Source: Alphaproteobacteria bacterium (GTDB taxonomy: Bacteria; Pseudomonadota; Alphaproteobacteria; UBA7887). From it: DNA of 64,000 nucleotides. How positions within the stretch are numbered: position 1 is the first letter of the stretch; each line of letters opens with the position of its first letter. Under the pieces are notes generated by a model that saw nothing but the letters and a program-made list of their open reading frames with translations, did no database searches and had not been told where the DNA came from. Below are positions 1 through 10,806 of the stretch, piece by piece. The position numbers and the translations under genes are program-made. The DNA is taken from assembly GCA_965216755.1 (NCBI GenBank), contig CBDCGL010000011.1, forward strand, positions 352,001-416,000, written 5' to 3'.

Positions 1-189
1 CTCCAGGAATTGGCCGCAGCCTTTCACGGATTGTGGAACAAGGGCAACGATAACCCAAATTTGCGATTTATAGTTGAAACGAATGCCGACCTAACCCATG
101 CCCGTCTAGCATTGATAGAAGGTGTAAGAAAGGTCATCGCATGCGGATTAGGCATAGTCGGCGTGACACCCGTTGAGGAGATGCGATAA
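1..189 (+). CDS. argS: arginyl-tRNA synthetase, C-terminal fragment (runs off window)
   Basis: Frame 1 reads [23 protein letters not shown]...ARLAL...[14 protein letters not shown], typical of the ArgRS anticodon-binding domain end; argS-SPOR-nagZ synteny. Confidence 0.9.
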   Translation, partial: LQELAAAFHGLWNKGNDNPNLRFIVETNADLTHARLALIEGVRKVIACGLGIVGVTPVEEMR

Positions 190-1263
190 ATGACCACGAT
201 CGACCCACGGCTTACGGCCGCGGATGACGTATCGGATCCGTTTATCTCCGACGATGGCGGCGATGACGACCCGCCCGGTATGGACCGTCCAGTGCGCCGC
301 CGCGGTCCGCGATTGGCGAGCCTGCTTGCGCTCGGCGCATGTGTGTTGTTTTTTGCGTATGTCGTTTGGCAAGCCAGCGTCATTGGGCGCGGGTCAGACG
401 TAGCCGGCGATATCCCACTGATTCAGGCGGATCGATCGGATATTCGCGTGGCGCCGGAAGATCCGGGCGGCATGGACATCCGCCACCAGGACAAGACCGT
501 CTATGATCGGCTTGAGTCCCAGCCTGCGGAACCAACCGTTGAACGGCTGTTGCCGCCGCCCGAGGAACCGGTTTTGGTGACGCCGCCTCCGCCGCCCGGA
601 GTCGATGAAATAGCCGTTGACGCATCCACACCTCCGGCCGCGCCGGGTGGCGAGACAAGCGACGTTGCGATCTCGACGCTGGATCCGACGAGCCTTCAAG
701 CCCCGCCTGAGGCGGCCACGACACGGTCGGCCGATGTTGTTGAAGCTGTTGATGCGGCGGGTGTTCCGACCCCTCCGGCGCGACCCGCACCGGCGCAAGT
801 CGCGGCCACGGCACCTGTTCCTGCGCCCGCGGCCGCGCAATCTGAGGCATCGGCGCCGGTGACGCCACCGGCCGCCACAGCTCCCGCGCCAGCGCCACGA
901 CCGACGACTGCGGCCCCGGCGCCGCAGTCCAGCCAGCCGGCGTCTCAAGCCCAAGCCCAGGCTGTGCCGGTCCCGGTGCCGGCTGCGGCGGCCCCCGCCG
1001 CGAATGCGTCGGGACCCGTGTATCGCGTGCAGCTCGCATCTTTCCGTGCGCGCGATGTCGCAGAGGGGGCATGGGTTCGTTCGGTTGCGCGTGTGCCCGA
1101 TCTGTTGGAAGGCTTACAACCGGATATTTTGCAGGTCGATCTGGGTGATCGGGGCATCTATTATCGGCTGCGGGCGGGGCCCTTGCCGGCTCTACAAGAC
1201 GCTGATCAGCTATGTACGGCGTTGAAGGCCCGTGGCTTGGATTGCCTCGTGGTTGAACGGTAG
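190..1263 (+). CDS. SPOR domain protein (FtsN-like): TM helix, Pro/Ala linker, C-terminal SPOR
   Basis: YRVQLASFR...YYRLRAGP...LCTALKARGLDC SPOR signature; lies between argS and nagZ. Confidence 0.9.
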   Translation: MTTIDPRLTAADDVSDPFISDDGGDDDPPGMDRPVRRRGPRLASLLALGACVLFFAYVVWQASVIGRGSDVAGDIPLIQADRSDIRVAPEDPGGMDIRHQDKTVYDRLESQPAEPTVERLLPPPEEPVLVTPPPPPGVDEIAVDASTPPAAPGGETSDVAISTLDPTSLQAPPEAATTRSADVVEAVDAAGVPTPPARPAPAQVAATAPVPAPAAAQSEASAPVTPPAATAPAPAPRPTTAAPAPQSSQPASQAQAQAVPVPVPAAAAPAANASGPVYRVQLASFRARDVAEGAWVRSVARVPDLLEGLQPDILQVDLGDRGIYYRLRAGPLPALQDADQLCTALKARGLDCLVVER

Positions 1264-1269
1264 GGCGCT

Positions 1270-2310
1270 TTGACTGCAAATGGCAGTGGCGCCCCGCGCG
1301 CGGTCATTTTCGGATGCGCGGGCACCGGCTTAGGCGCGGAAGAGAAAGCGTTTTTTGCTGAAACCGAGCCTCTTGGCTTTATCCTGTTCGCACGCAATAT
1401 CAAGGAACCGCGCCAAGTCCGCGATTTAGTGAGCGCATTACGCGAGTGTGTTGGCCGGCCCGACGCCCCGATCCTGATCGACCAAGAAGGCGGCCGCGTA
1501 GCGCGTTTGGGCCCGCCACATTGGCCGGTTTCGCCTCCGGCGGCTGTGTTCGGCGTTTTGGCGGCAAGCGATCGTGGCGCCGCGCGCCGCGCGGTAAGAG
1601 CGAATAGCCGGCTGTTGGGAAGTGCCCTCAAAGCTCTCGGGATCAACATGGATTGCCTGCCAGTGCTGGATCTGAACCTGCCCCAGGGGCACGGCATCAT
1701 CGGTGACCGCGCTTACGGCGCCGACCCGGAACGCGTTGCGGAATTGGGGCAGGCGGCTTGTGACGGATTGAAATCGGCCGGTATCGCGCCCGTCATGAAG
1801 CATATCCCGGGGCATGGTCGGGCGACGGTAGACAGCCATCTGGAACTGCCCCGCGTCGACGCGGCGGCCGAAGATCTCGAGAGGCTCGATTTCGTGCCGT
1901 TTCAGAAGCTCGCAACCATGCCCATCGCGATGACAGCGCACGTCGTCTATGGCGCCTATGACGATCAACCCGCGACAATCTCGAAGGTGGTCATCGAAAC
2001 TGTTATTCGCGGAAAAATTGGCTTTGATGGCCTGTTGTTGTCCGATGACTTGTGTATGGAGGCATTGGCAGGTTCGCCGGGCACGCGCGCGCAACGGGCT
2101 CTGGCGGCGGGCTGTGATGTTGTGCTGCATTGCAATGGCGATTTGGGCGAAATGCGCGACGTCGCAAACAATGCGGACTACCTGAGCCCGAGGGCAGAGA
2201 AACGGGTCGCGCAAGCGCTATCTTGGTGCGGCCCGGCGGTGCCGTGCGACATCCCCGCTGTGCGCGACGAACTTGCACAGCTGCTTGTATCCGTGCAGGC
2301 CTCAACGTGA
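1270..2310 (+). CDS. nagZ: beta-N-acetylhexosaminidase (GH3)
   Basis: IDQEGGRVARL and KHIPGHGRATVDSH motifs. Confidence 0.95.
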   Translation: MTANGSGAPRAVIFGCAGTGLGAEEKAFFAETEPLGFILFARNIKEPRQVRDLVSALRECVGRPDAPILIDQEGGRVARLGPPHWPVSPPAAVFGVLAASDRGAARRAVRANSRLLGSALKALGINMDCLPVLDLNLPQGHGIIGDRAYGADPERVAELGQAACDGLKSAGIAPVMKHIPGHGRATVDSHLELPRVDAAAEDLERLDFVPFQKLATMPIAMTAHVVYGAYDDQPATISKVVIETVIRGKIGFDGLLLSDDLCMEALAGSPGTRAQRALAAGCDVVLHCNGDLGEMRDVANNADYLSPRAEKRVAQALSWCGPAVPCDIPAVRDELAQLLVSVQAST

Positions 2311-2462
2311 GAGATTCTGCCTACGGGTGAGGCTTTTCCGATCGCGAACAATCCACCGTGCGCGCTAAGCGTTAGGCCCAGTCGACCCCGCCATCGGACC
2401 TCTTGATCCAAATTGGAATGCCCTTCATTGTGCCCTTCGCCAAAAAAGTAATGAGTTGACGT

Positions 2463-3347
2463 GTGAATTCGAACCATGCTGGTAAGGCGACAGGCGGGTT
2501 GGCGGTCGACAACAGCCAGGACGATCGGGCGGACACTGACGCTGATACCAATGTAACACCCATGAAACGGCCAACGAACGCCAACACCGGCGACGTTGGT
2601 GTCCGCGGTGAACAGCTTGTTTTGGCGCTCGATGGTTTTGAGGGGCCAATCGATGTTTTGCTGCTGTTGGCTCGGCAGCAAAAGGTTGACTTGACACGGA
2701 TTTCGATCCTCGAACTGTCTGAGCAATATTTGGCCTATATTCGCGAGGTGCGTCGCCGCCGCATCGAACTCGCCGCCGACTATTTGGTCATGGCCGCGTG
2801 GTTGGCCTATCTCAAGTCACGTTTGCTGCTACCGGCCGAGGACGAGGAAGAGGAGCCCAGCGGCGAAGAACTTGCCGCAGCCCTTGCCTTGCAACTGCGT
2901 CGGCTTGAGGCTATGCGGGACGCAGGCCGCCGGCTCATGGCGCGGGACCAACGCGGTCGCGACTTTTTTCGCCGTCCCGCCGCTGAAGGTGTCACGCGTG
3001 TCGAAACCCCAATCTACGCGCTCACCCAATATGATCTGATCAAGGCCTACGCCGATCAACGCCGGCGCATGCGTCCGCCATCGCTGTCCATCACGCCGAC
3101 TCGCCTGATGTCGGTTGAGGCTGCGGTGCGGCGCCTTTCTGAAATTATCGGAACTGTCGTGGATTGGACGATCCTACAGAAATTCTTGCCCGAAGCATTG
3201 GAAGGCGACCCGACACTGACGCGCTCCGCCGTTGCCTCGACTTTTGTTGCCAGCTTGGAATTGGCTCGAGAGGGGCGGATTGATCTGCGCCAATCCGAGG
3301 CTTTTGGGCCGATATTCGTACGACAAAGTAAACCGAGGGACGCGTGA
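2463..3347 (+). CDS. scpA: segregation/condensation protein A (true start may be downstream, e.g. ATG 2562)
   Basis: FEGPIDVLL, AADYLVMAAWLAYLKSRLLLP, FVASLELAR. Confidence 0.93.
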   Translation: MNSNHAGKATGGLAVDNSQDDRADTDADTNVTPMKRPTNANTGDVGVRGEQLVLALDGFEGPIDVLLLLARQQKVDLTRISILELSEQYLAYIREVRRRRIELAADYLVMAAWLAYLKSRLLLPAEDEEEEPSGEELAAALALQLRRLEAMRDAGRRLMARDQRGRDFFRRPAAEGVTRVETPIYALTQYDLIKAYADQRRRMRPPSLSITPTRLMSVEAAVRRLSEIIGTVVDWTILQKFLPEALEGDPTLTRSAVASTFVASLELAREGRIDLRQSEAFGPIFVRQSKPRDA

Positions 3348-4006
3348 ATACGGAAGACGAATACAGAAGAGTTGTCGAAGCACTGCTGTTTGTCGCCAAA
3401 GAACCTCTGGGGCACGACGACTTGGCGAAGTACTTACCCGAGGGTGTAGATATTGGTGTGCTCGTTCAGAGCCTCGTCGACGCCTATTCTGGCAACGGCT
3501 TCAATTTGGTCCCCGTAGCCGGTGGCTGGGTTTTTCAGACCGCGCCGGATCTTGCGTACGTTTTGAGAGAACACGCCGAAGTCGAACGGAAGCTTTCACG
3601 CGCCGCGGTCGAGACATTGGCCATTATCGCTTATCACCAGCCCGTCACGCGTGCAGAAATCGAGCAAATTCGAGGCGTCGCGGTAAACAAAGGGACCATA
3701 GATACCTTGTTTGATGCGGGTTGGATTCAAACGCGTGGCCGACGGCGTACGCCGGGACGGCCCGTGCTGTGGGGCACGACGAAGTCATTTCTGGAGCATT
3801 TCGGACTGAACAGCCTAAACGAACTGCCGGGAGTCGAAGAATTGAAAGCCGCCGGCTTGCTGGATGCAGACATTGTGCATCTGGGACCGTCGCCGCGCGA
3901 CGCCGAGGCTGGCGTTTTACCGGAGCCGATCGAAGAGGACGAAGCACCAATTGACGAGCAATTGACGCCGGGCGACGCGGAATCGGATGTTAGCGCCGCC
4001 GGTTAG
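3344..4006 (+). CDS. scpB: SMC-Scp complex subunit ScpB
   Basis: LSRAAVETLAIIAYHQPVTRAEIEQIRGV, GRPVLWGTT. Confidence 0.95.
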   Translation: MNTEDEYRRVVEALLFVAKEPLGHDDLAKYLPEGVDIGVLVQSLVDAYSGNGFNLVPVAGGWVFQTAPDLAYVLREHAEVERKLSRAAVETLAIIAYHQPVTRAEIEQIRGVAVNKGTIDTLFDAGWIQTRGRRRTPGRPVLWGTTKSFLEHFGLNSLNELPGVEELKAAGLLDADIVHLGPSPRDAEAGVLPEPIEEDEAPIDEQLTPGDAESDVSAAG

Positions 4007-4027
4007 GCGCTGTGATGTCCCTATAGC

Positions 4028-4792
4028 CTAAATTACGCGCTCGTTTGGAATACCGCGGACATCCATTTCGTAGTCCAAACCTTGGACCGGTGGCCGGGCG
4101 TAATGCCACGTAATGCCCTGTCTCGCTGCGCCGCGCGCGACGATTTCGTCGGCGAGGAAAGGGTGAACATCGTAAACCGTGTAGACTTGGGTGGCGGTCA
4201 CATCTGGCCATCCGACGCCCAGTGCGTTCATCCGGGATTCCATGGTCGATAAGACGTATTTCGCCTTCTCGCGCATGCCGTCAGGCGATGTGTCCCCGAG
4301 ACGAATGATTCGCTCACTATATGGCCCTTTGCCCTCGGGTACTTCCGCGGAACCAGCGATGACGAAGCTTTGCAGTGTGGGACGATCGGTGCCATCCGCC
4401 GTTCGAACCGTATAGGAAAATGCGTGAAAACTTGGTTCGGGTGGTGGCGCGATTTCGGGGCAGACATTGGAGCGGGCAACTGGGTTCTCCTCGTCACGAA
4501 AAAGACCCCAGCGCTCCAGGGTCCCGACATAAATTCGATTGAAAGCGACAAACCCATCATCGGTAAACGGCGCCGGTGAACGAAGCTCGCAGGCACAGAA
4601 CGACGTCAGCGGGCGCCCGATCGCGTTCAGGTGCGCCTCAATGACCGCAAACCCCTCTTTGATTGGTCGTGGACGCGCGAAACGGACCCGTTCGATGACA
4701 TAGCCGTTGTCAGCTGTGACTCCACCGGAAAACTGAAAGGGTCCCCGCACATAGCGATATCCACCGTCAATGAATCGGGCTATTTCCAGCAT
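4028..4792 (-). CDS. CnbZ-like (2-amino-5-chloromuconate deaminase-like) protein
   Basis: GGYRY..G.FQFSGGV, FCACELRSPAPF, NPVARSNVCPE, ARPPVQGLDYEMDVRG resemble the CnbZ family (recognised from memory). Confidence 0.65.
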   Translation of the reverse strand: MLEIARFIDGGYRYVRGPFQFSGGVTADNGYVIERVRFARPRPIKEGFAVIEAHLNAIGRPLTSFCACELRSPAPFTDDGFVAFNRIYVGTLERWGLFRDEENPVARSNVCPEIAPPPEPSFHAFSYTVRTADGTDRPTLQSFVIAGSAEVPEGKGPYSERIIRLGDTSPDGMREKAKYVLSTMESRMNALGVGWPDVTATQVYTVYDVHPFLADEIVARGAARQGITWHYARPPVQGLDYEMDVRGIPNERVI

Positions 4793-4878
4793 CGCATTAT
4801 GTCCATTGGTTGTTTCGGATCATCGATAAGTTACCGGGCAACAGGGTGCGGACAATTGCTGTGTTGATACCCAGGCGG

Positions 4879-6021
4879 TCATTGGCCAAGGAACGCCAAC
4901 AATGCCGCGACAACCGCCTCCGGCTGTTCTTGCTGGACCCAGTGGCCGGCACCATCCAAAAGATGGACCTCGCGCATATCCGTGCACGCAACGTTCTGCA
5001 TCGCTTCGAAATCGCCGGGCTTTTGGTAGGTTCCCCAATCGCTTTTTCCGGCGATAAAACATGATGGTACATCGATGGAGCGCCCCGAGAAGATCTGGAG
5101 TTCGTTCATGAAAGCACCACTGGTGACGCAGCGGTACCATTGCAATCCACCTTGAAATCCATTTCTCTCATACTCTTGACTATAGACGGCTAATTCTTCG
5201 TCAGGTAGCCATTGACACGCGGCGATCTGGTCTTGTTGCGGCATTTCAGGGACTACCGTATCAGCCATGTCTTGGTCGAGATCCATGATGTAATAGGTCG
5301 GCAGCTTGGCCAATTCGTCGGCCGTCCATGATTCGAGCGGGTAGGGTTTGTTGTCCGCCCAGTCGGCGCTCTTATAGTGATAATACGCACGCAGAAAATC
5401 ATGGACGCCTTGCGAACAATGGCGCATATCGCCATCGGCTTCGCGGGTTGAGTAGTACCATTGATAGTGCTTTCGCGGGCGATTCAACGCGGCCAACGCC
5501 CGATGAATGTCGGATGCTGGTCGTGATGGCGCGTCCGCGCTACCCGTTGGCAAAGTCGGCGGGCCGGGAAATGGTGCGCTCATCAGCCCTACCGAACGGA
5601 ATATGTCGGGCCGAATCAGGGCGCAATGCGCCGCAACCGGCGAGCCGAAATCGTGACCGATAACCGCATTCACATGGCGGTAATCAAGGGCCGCAACCAA
5701 ACCCATGACATCGCGGGTCAGATTGAGCATTCGAAACGGGCTCAAGTCGCCATCATACTCGGCCGTCCAGCCGGTCGTCCGTCCATAACCTCTTTGGTCC
5801 GGTGCGACGACATGGAAACCGGCTTCGGCCAGGGGGATCATGACTTTTCGCCAACTGTAAGCCAACTCGGGAAAACCGTGCAGCAACAAGACACAAGGGC
5901 GATCGTCGCGCCCGAAGCCCGCTTCCAGGATGTGCATCGTGAGGCCATTGCCATTGTCGATAAGGCGCGAGCGAATCCCTGCGGGTAACGTGGCGCCGCC
6001 GTAGGCCACAGTCTCGGTCAT
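4879..6021 (-). CDS. alpha/beta hydrolase, epoxide hydrolase-like
   Basis: LLHGFPELAYSWR, GHDFG nucleophile elbow, GHWVQQE; start moved to ATG 6021 (MTETVAY) after an AGGGAG RBS. Confidence 0.9.
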   Translation of the reverse strand: MTETVAYGGATLPAGIRSRLIDNGNGLTMHILEAGFGRDDRPCVLLLHGFPELAYSWRKVMIPLAEAGFHVVAPDQRGYGRTTGWTAEYDGDLSPFRMLNLTRDVMGLVAALDYRHVNAVIGHDFGSPVAAHCALIRPDIFRSVGLMSAPFPGPPTLPTGSADAPSRPASDIHRALAALNRPRKHYQWYYSTREADGDMRHCSQGVHDFLRAYYHYKSADWADNKPYPLESWTADELAKLPTYYIMDLDQDMADTVVPEMPQQDQIAACQWLPDEELAVYSQEYERNGFQGGLQWYRCVTSGAFMNELQIFSGRSIDVPSCFIAGKSDWGTYQKPGDFEAMQNVACTDMREVHLLDGAGHWVQQEQPEAVVAALLAFLGQ

Positions 6022-6077
6022 ATATGTCTCCCTGTTGAATGCGGTCGTGCGCCGGAGGGTGCCGGCTTGCGTCCGCT

Positions 6078-6761
6078 TTACGACACGCGGCCATTGGCCG
6101 TCGCGCTGGTCTCCCTGAGTTCCGCGCAAAGTTCGTCTGTGGTCAGGCGACGGCAATAACCGGCAAGGCTGGCGATCGCATGGGTGTGGCGTTCCGCGCT
6201 GTATGTCGCGCAGCTGTCTGTCGCCAGCGTCACCAGATAGCCAAGATCGCAGGCGTCGCGTACGGCCGAGCCGACACACTGATCCGTCAGAAAGCCACCG
6301 ATGATCAGTTGCCTGACCCCAAGGTTGCGCAAAACATAGTCGATGTTCGTGGAGACAAAGACGTTTGAGGAGGTTTTGGGAATCACGATCTCGTCGTCCG
6401 CGGGACGGATTTCATCCAGCACTTTGGCCTGCCACGAGCCTTTCGGCACGTTGAATCCGGTTATCCGATAGTCCAGACTGCGGTCGCGTCCGTCGCGGGT
6501 TAGATTTTCAATTACGGTGTACATGACCTCGATTCGCGCTTCGCGACATATTGATTGAAGGCGCGTCATGTTCGGTATGATCTCGCGCTGGACGTGGTCA
6601 AAGAACCCGGCAAAACGTGCGGTTCGTTCTACCTCCCCGAATTTGGCGAAGGCGCCACCGTCGGGCCGCGCGCAAAAGTTTTGAGCATCGACAAACAACA
6701 ACGCCGCCGATTCCGGAACGATCGCCACGTCACGGGTCGTAAGTGTGTCAAAATTCATCAT
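6078..6761 (-). CDS. isochorismatase-family cysteine hydrolase
   Basis: LLFVDAQN, IPKTSSNVF, GFLTDQCV (Asp-Lys-Cys triad). Confidence 0.88.
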   Translation of the reverse strand: MMNFDTLTTRDVAIVPESAALLFVDAQNFCARPDGGAFAKFGEVERTARFAGFFDHVQREIIPNMTRLQSICREARIEVMYTVIENLTRDGRDRSLDYRITGFNVPKGSWQAKVLDEIRPADDEIVIPKTSSNVFVSTNIDYVLRNLGVRQLIIGGFLTDQCVGSAVRDACDLGYLVTLATDSCATYSAERHTHAIASLAGYCRRLTTDELCAELRETSATANGRVS

Positions 6762-6875
6762 CGATCGTGATTTCGAACAAGTGCCATTGGCAAGGGTAAC
6801 GGCCGAACGGCCGAAGGTCTAATCTGTGCTTTGATGGCTGGCGTCGGCGTAGTGTTTTGCAACGGAGGCAAGTCG

Positions 6876-8186
6876 GTGACGCGTGAAGAGCTGGTCTTTG
6901 TGTGCTGCAGCGACGTTTCGGGAAAGCTGCGTGGCAAGGCGATACCCGCTGTCGATTTTGACAGTCGCTGTCGGCGCGGGGTCGGTTGGACGCCGACAAA
7001 CGTGCAGATTACCTGTTTCGACACGATCGCGCCGAGTCCGTATGGCGCATTCGGCGATACGTTGTTGATGCCGGCGCCCGAAACGCGGTTGCGGATCGAC
7101 CGTGACGACGACCTGGTGTACGACGTCGTGCTGGCCAATATTCGGGACCTTGATGGCGATGACTGGACATGCTGCACGCGCACGATACTCCAGTCGGCGC
7201 TGGATCGCCTCAGAACGGTTTCCAGTCTCTCACTCTACGGCGCGGTCGAGCATGAGTTCCAATTGTCGGCAACAACGGGCGCGCTTGGTGAGGCTTACAC
7301 CTTGTCGGGCTTTCGTGCCGCGTGGCCATTTGGCGCGATGTTGGCTGGAACCTTGCGTGCCGCCGGTATCGTTCCGGAAACGATCATGCACGAGTACGGA
7401 GCCGAGCAGTTCGAGGTGACGGTCAAGCCGTCAAGCGGCGTGACGATTGCGGATCACGCCGTGCTCTTGCGTGACATCACACAAGTAACCGCCGAGCGTT
7501 GCGGTAAGCGTGCCACGTTCACACCCTTGCGTGCGCCTGGTGCGGTAGGCAACGGTGTCCATATTCATCTGAGTTTCCGCGATCACGAAGGGCAACCGGC
7601 GGGCTTTGATCGAAATCAGCCGCATGGCGTGTCGGCAATGACCGGCGCGTTCATTGCTGGGATCTTGCGGCATTTGCCGAGCATCGTTGCCTTGACCGCG
7701 CCCAGCGCCGTTTCTTACCAACGCTTGGTTCCCCACCGATGGAGCGCGGCATTCAACAATCTTGGCCTTCAAGACCGTGAAGCGGCCGTCAGGTTGTGTC
7801 CCATAACAACCATTGGCGACGCGGACCCAGCGCGCCAGTTCAACTTCGAGTTTCGTGCCTCGGACGCTGCGGCCAGTCCGCATTTGCAGCTTGCCGCGTT
7901 GGTTTATGCGGGCATTGCTGGGATCGAAGCGCAGCTTCCTGCGCCCGCTGCGACACAAGAAGACCTGTCCGAATCTGATCCCGATGCGTTGGCGAGAAGC
8001 GGGATATCGCGCTTGCCGAAGAGCCTTGGCGAAGCACTCGACAATCTGGATCGCGACGATGCGGCGCGATCGTGGTTTCCCGACGGGTTCATCGACATCT
8101 ATTTGGCGCACAAACGTGACGAAATTGCTTTTCTGGACGGAAAAGACACAGCGGAGATGTGCGCGCTCTACTCCAGGGCCTATTGA
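6876..8186 (+). CDS. glutamine synthetase-like protein (gamma-glutamylamide ligase type)
   Basis: SDVSGKLRGK, EHEF, HEYGAEQFEV, GNGVHIHLS, NFEFRASDAAASP; GTG start after GGAGG. Confidence 0.88.
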   Translation: MTREELVFVCCSDVSGKLRGKAIPAVDFDSRCRRGVGWTPTNVQITCFDTIAPSPYGAFGDTLLMPAPETRLRIDRDDDLVYDVVLANIRDLDGDDWTCCTRTILQSALDRLRTVSSLSLYGAVEHEFQLSATTGALGEAYTLSGFRAAWPFGAMLAGTLRAAGIVPETIMHEYGAEQFEVTVKPSSGVTIADHAVLLRDITQVTAERCGKRATFTPLRAPGAVGNGVHIHLSFRDHEGQPAGFDRNQPHGVSAMTGAFIAGILRHLPSIVALTAPSAVSYQRLVPHRWSAAFNNLGLQDREAAVRLCPITTIGDADPARQFNFEFRASDAAASPHLQLAALVYAGIAGIEAQLPAPAATQEDLSESDPDALARSGISRLPKSLGEALDNLDRDDAARSWFPDGFIDIYLAHKRDEIAFLDGKDTAEMCALYSRAY

Positions 8187-8262
8187 TGCGATGTTGTGCG
8201 AACCTGCGTCCCGGCCCTGAGCTGTGTCAGGACCGGGATGTTGGCAATCAGTTAGGGGAGCG

Positions 8263-9726
8263 CTAGGCAGCGTCCGCAGCTGGGTCGTCCTTGACGCCAA
8301 GACGGGTCGCGATGCCTTCGCCGTAAGCCGGATCTGCACGACGAAAATGTGCAATTTGCCGGCGGATGATCCGGTCTGGAACACCCGCCATTGCCCCGGC
8401 GATGGCGTCCATCAGACGTGCTTGCTGACCGTTGTCCATCAACCGAAACAAGCTACCGGCTTGGCCGTAGTCGTCGTTGTCAACCCGATGATCGTACCGA
8501 TCGGCAAAATCACCAGTGGCCAGCGGCGGTTCCATGACGGCCGGGTCCTCGACAGGGCCGCCGAGGCTGTTCGGTTCATAATTCACGGCGCCGCCACCAT
8601 TACCATCGAAGCGCATGCCGCCATCGCGATTGTACGAATGGACCGGACACCGTGGACGGTTGACGGGCAGCGCGTCATGGTTGATTCCCAGGCGATAACG
8701 ATGAGCGTCCGCATAGGAAAAGATCCGAAATTGCAGCATCTTGTCAGGGCTATGCCCGATACCAGGGACAACATTTGCCGGACTGAACGCGGATTGTTCG
8801 ACATCTGCAAAATAGTTGTCTGGGTTACGATCCAAGGTTAGAACACCGACTTCGATCAAGGGATAGTCGCCGTGTGGCCACACTTTGGTCAGGTCGAACG
8901 GGTTGTAAGCTGTTTTCTCCGCATCGGCCTCCGGCATGATTTGAACATACATGCGCCATTGCGGGTGGTCGCCCCGATCAATCGCGTCAAACAAGTCCCG
9001 CTGATGACTTTCCCGGTCGCCACCGATTAGATCCGCCGCGCCCTGTTCCGAAAGCACTTTGATGCCCTGCAACGTTTTGAAATGGAACTTTACCCAAAAC
9101 CGTTCACCCTGCGCATTGATCAGGCTGTAGGTGTGTGAGCCATAACCATTCATGTGACGATAGCTGGCCGGCAGGCCGCGATCCGAGAACAGAATGGTGA
9201 TCTGGTGCAGGCTTTCGGGGCTGAGCGACCAGAAATCCCACATTGCCGTCGAATTGCGCAGATTTGTGCGCGGATCACGTTTTTGGGTGTGAATGAAGTC
9301 GGGGAATTTGTACGGATCACGGACGAAAAACACCGGTGTGTTGTTTCCAACCAGATCCCAATTTCCTTTTTCGGTGTAAAACTTCACTGCGAAACCCCGC
9401 ACGTCTCGCTCGGCGTCGGCGGCGCCGCGTTCACCGGCGACTGTCGAAAAACGCAAAAAGCACGGAGTGGTCTTGCCGATCTTCGAGAAAACGTCGGCCT
9501 TGCTGTAGCGGCGAATATCGCCGGTGATGGTTAGGGATCCGTATGCCGCCGAGCCCTTTGCGTGGACCACGCGCTCCGGTATCCGCTCTCGGTTAAAGTG
9601 GGCGTGTTTCTCGAACAGTTGCCAGTCTTGGACCAGCAGCGGACCTCGCGCGCCGGCCGTCAGGCTGTTCTGATTGTCGCCGATCGGGATTCCTGCATTG
9701 GTTGTCAGTCGAGTGCGATGTGTCAT
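8263..9726 (-). CDS. katA: monofunctional small-subunit heme catalase
   Basis: [15 protein letters not shown] active site and [12 protein letters not shown] heme-ligand motif. Confidence 0.96.
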   Translation of the reverse strand: MTHRTRLTTNAGIPIGDNQNSLTAGARGPLLVQDWQLFEKHAHFNRERIPERVVHAKGSAAYGSLTITGDIRRYSKADVFSKIGKTTPCFLRFSTVAGERGAADAERDVRGFAVKFYTEKGNWDLVGNNTPVFFVRDPYKFPDFIHTQKRDPRTNLRNSTAMWDFWSLSPESLHQITILFSDRGLPASYRHMNGYGSHTYSLINAQGERFWVKFHFKTLQGIKVLSEQGAADLIGGDRESHQRDLFDAIDRGDHPQWRMYVQIMPEADAEKTAYNPFDLTKVWPHGDYPLIEVGVLTLDRNPDNYFADVEQSAFSPANVVPGIGHSPDKMLQFRIFSYADAHRYRLGINHDALPVNRPRCPVHSYNRDGGMRFDGNGGGAVNYEPNSLGGPVEDPAVMEPPLATGDFADRYDHRVDNDDYGQAGSLFRLMDNGQQARLMDAIAGAMAGVPDRIIRRQIAHFRRADPAYGEGIATRLGVKDDPAADAA

Positions 9727-9815
9727 GTGTGCAATCCTTCAAGAATGTGATTCTGGCGCACATAGCGAATCGCCCGCAGCTTGCTTGTCGGTTATGGATT
9801 CGCGATGTCATGCGA

Positions 9816-9832
9816 GTTAGAATTATTCTAGA
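9816..9832. promoter_or_regulatory. Irr-binding ICE-like box upstream of catalase
   Basis: GTTAGAA-TTA-TTCTAGA versus the ICE consensus TTTAGAA-N3-TTCTAAA (2 mismatches). Confidence 0.6.
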
Positions 9833-9847
9833 AAAAAGGTTTGTAAA

Positions 9848-9884
9848 ATGGATTGTTTCTATATCAATGATATATTTTGGTAAT
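9848..9884. promoter_or_regulatory. OxyR binding site upstream of catalase
   Basis: ATGG-N7-CTAT-N7-ATAT-N7-TAAT, the exact spacing of ATAG-N7-CTAT-N7-ATAG-N7-CTAT; lies between oxyR and katA. Confidence 0.75.
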
Positions 9885-9903
9885 CAAATTAGACGTGCGC
9901 CGG

Positions 9904-10806
9904 CTAGGCGGCGCTGACACCGGCTGGCAAATTGCTGCGGGCAACGTCGGCGAGCGATCGCAGATCGTCTGGCCTGGGGTAGGCGTTGCGCCAGACAAGT
10001 CCGATACGCCGACCGGCATTGCCTTGCAGCGGACGGACCGTTAAGTCGCGCCGATCATTGTCAGTGAGGGACAAGGCTGGCATGAGCGTACAGCCCATAC
10101 CCGCCGTAACCATTTGACGTATCGTTTCCAAACTTGTTGCACGAAGATCGGCGATGCGTGCATCACCATTGGCAGCTTTGCCGCACGCCGCCAGCGCTTG
10201 GTCGCGCAGGCAATGTCCGTCAGTCAGCAACAACAGGTCCAGGTCGCCTAGGGCCTGTTCTGTGACTTGGCTATTGAGGCCAACCGGATGATCGCGCGGC
10301 GCCAAGAGCCAAAAAGGTTCTTCGAACAACGCCACTTCGGTCAAGGCGTCGTCGTCGACGGGCAGTGCCAACAAGGCGGCATCGAGGTGGTGTCTGCGGA
10401 GGCGGCTGATTAGCGCGGCCGTCAGATCTTCGTACACCGACAGCCGCAATTGTGGATATCGTTCTCCAAGTGCCGGGACCAACCAAGGCAGAATGTAAGG
10501 TGCCAATGTTGGAATGACACCGAGATTTAGAACGCCGGACAAGGGTGCGGTTTCGGATTTCGTGAAGCTGACGATGGCATCACACTCTGCGATGATCGCC
10601 CGCGCTTTATCGACGACTCGCTGACCAACGGGCGTGATATGCAGTGCGCGATTGGTTCGCTCGAATAACTGCACGCCGAGGAAATCTTCCAATTTCTTAA
10701 GCTGTGTGCTCAAAGTGGGCTGACTGACGTGGCAGGCCGTCGCAGCACGCCCAAAGTGGCCATGGTCGGCAAGGGCAATGACGTAACGCAGTTCTTGGAG
10801 TGTCAT
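9904..10806 (-). CDS. oxyR: H2O2-inducible LysR-family activator
   Basis: MTLQELRY...HFGRAA..CHVSQPTLS HTH and redox cysteines in GHCLRDQALAAC; adjacent to catalase; start at ATG 10806. Confidence 0.93.
   Translation of the reverse strand: MTLQELRYVIALADHGHFGRAATACHVSQPTLSTQLKKLEDFLGVQLFERTNRALHITPVGQRVVDKARAIIAECDAIVSFTKSETAPLSGVLNLGVIPTLAPYILPWLVPALGERYPQLRLSVYEDLTAALISRLRRHHLDAALLALPVDDDALTEVALFEEPFWLLAPRDHPVGLNSQVTEQALGDLDLLLLTDGHCLRDQALAACGKAANGDARIADLRATSLETIRQMVTAGMGCTLMPALSLTDNDRRDLTVRPLQGNAGRRIGLVWRNAYPRPDDLRSLADVARSNLPAGVSAA

Noticed and set aside
380-1279. Long antisense/shadow ORFs (also 7431-8384, 46769-47668, 58251-59183 and others)
   Set aside because: They overlap well-supported genes, have no motifs, and are expected in GC-rich DNA.
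6845-6862. sigma54 promoter before the GS-like gene
   Set aside because: The GG-to-GC spacing is 11 nt, not the required 10.
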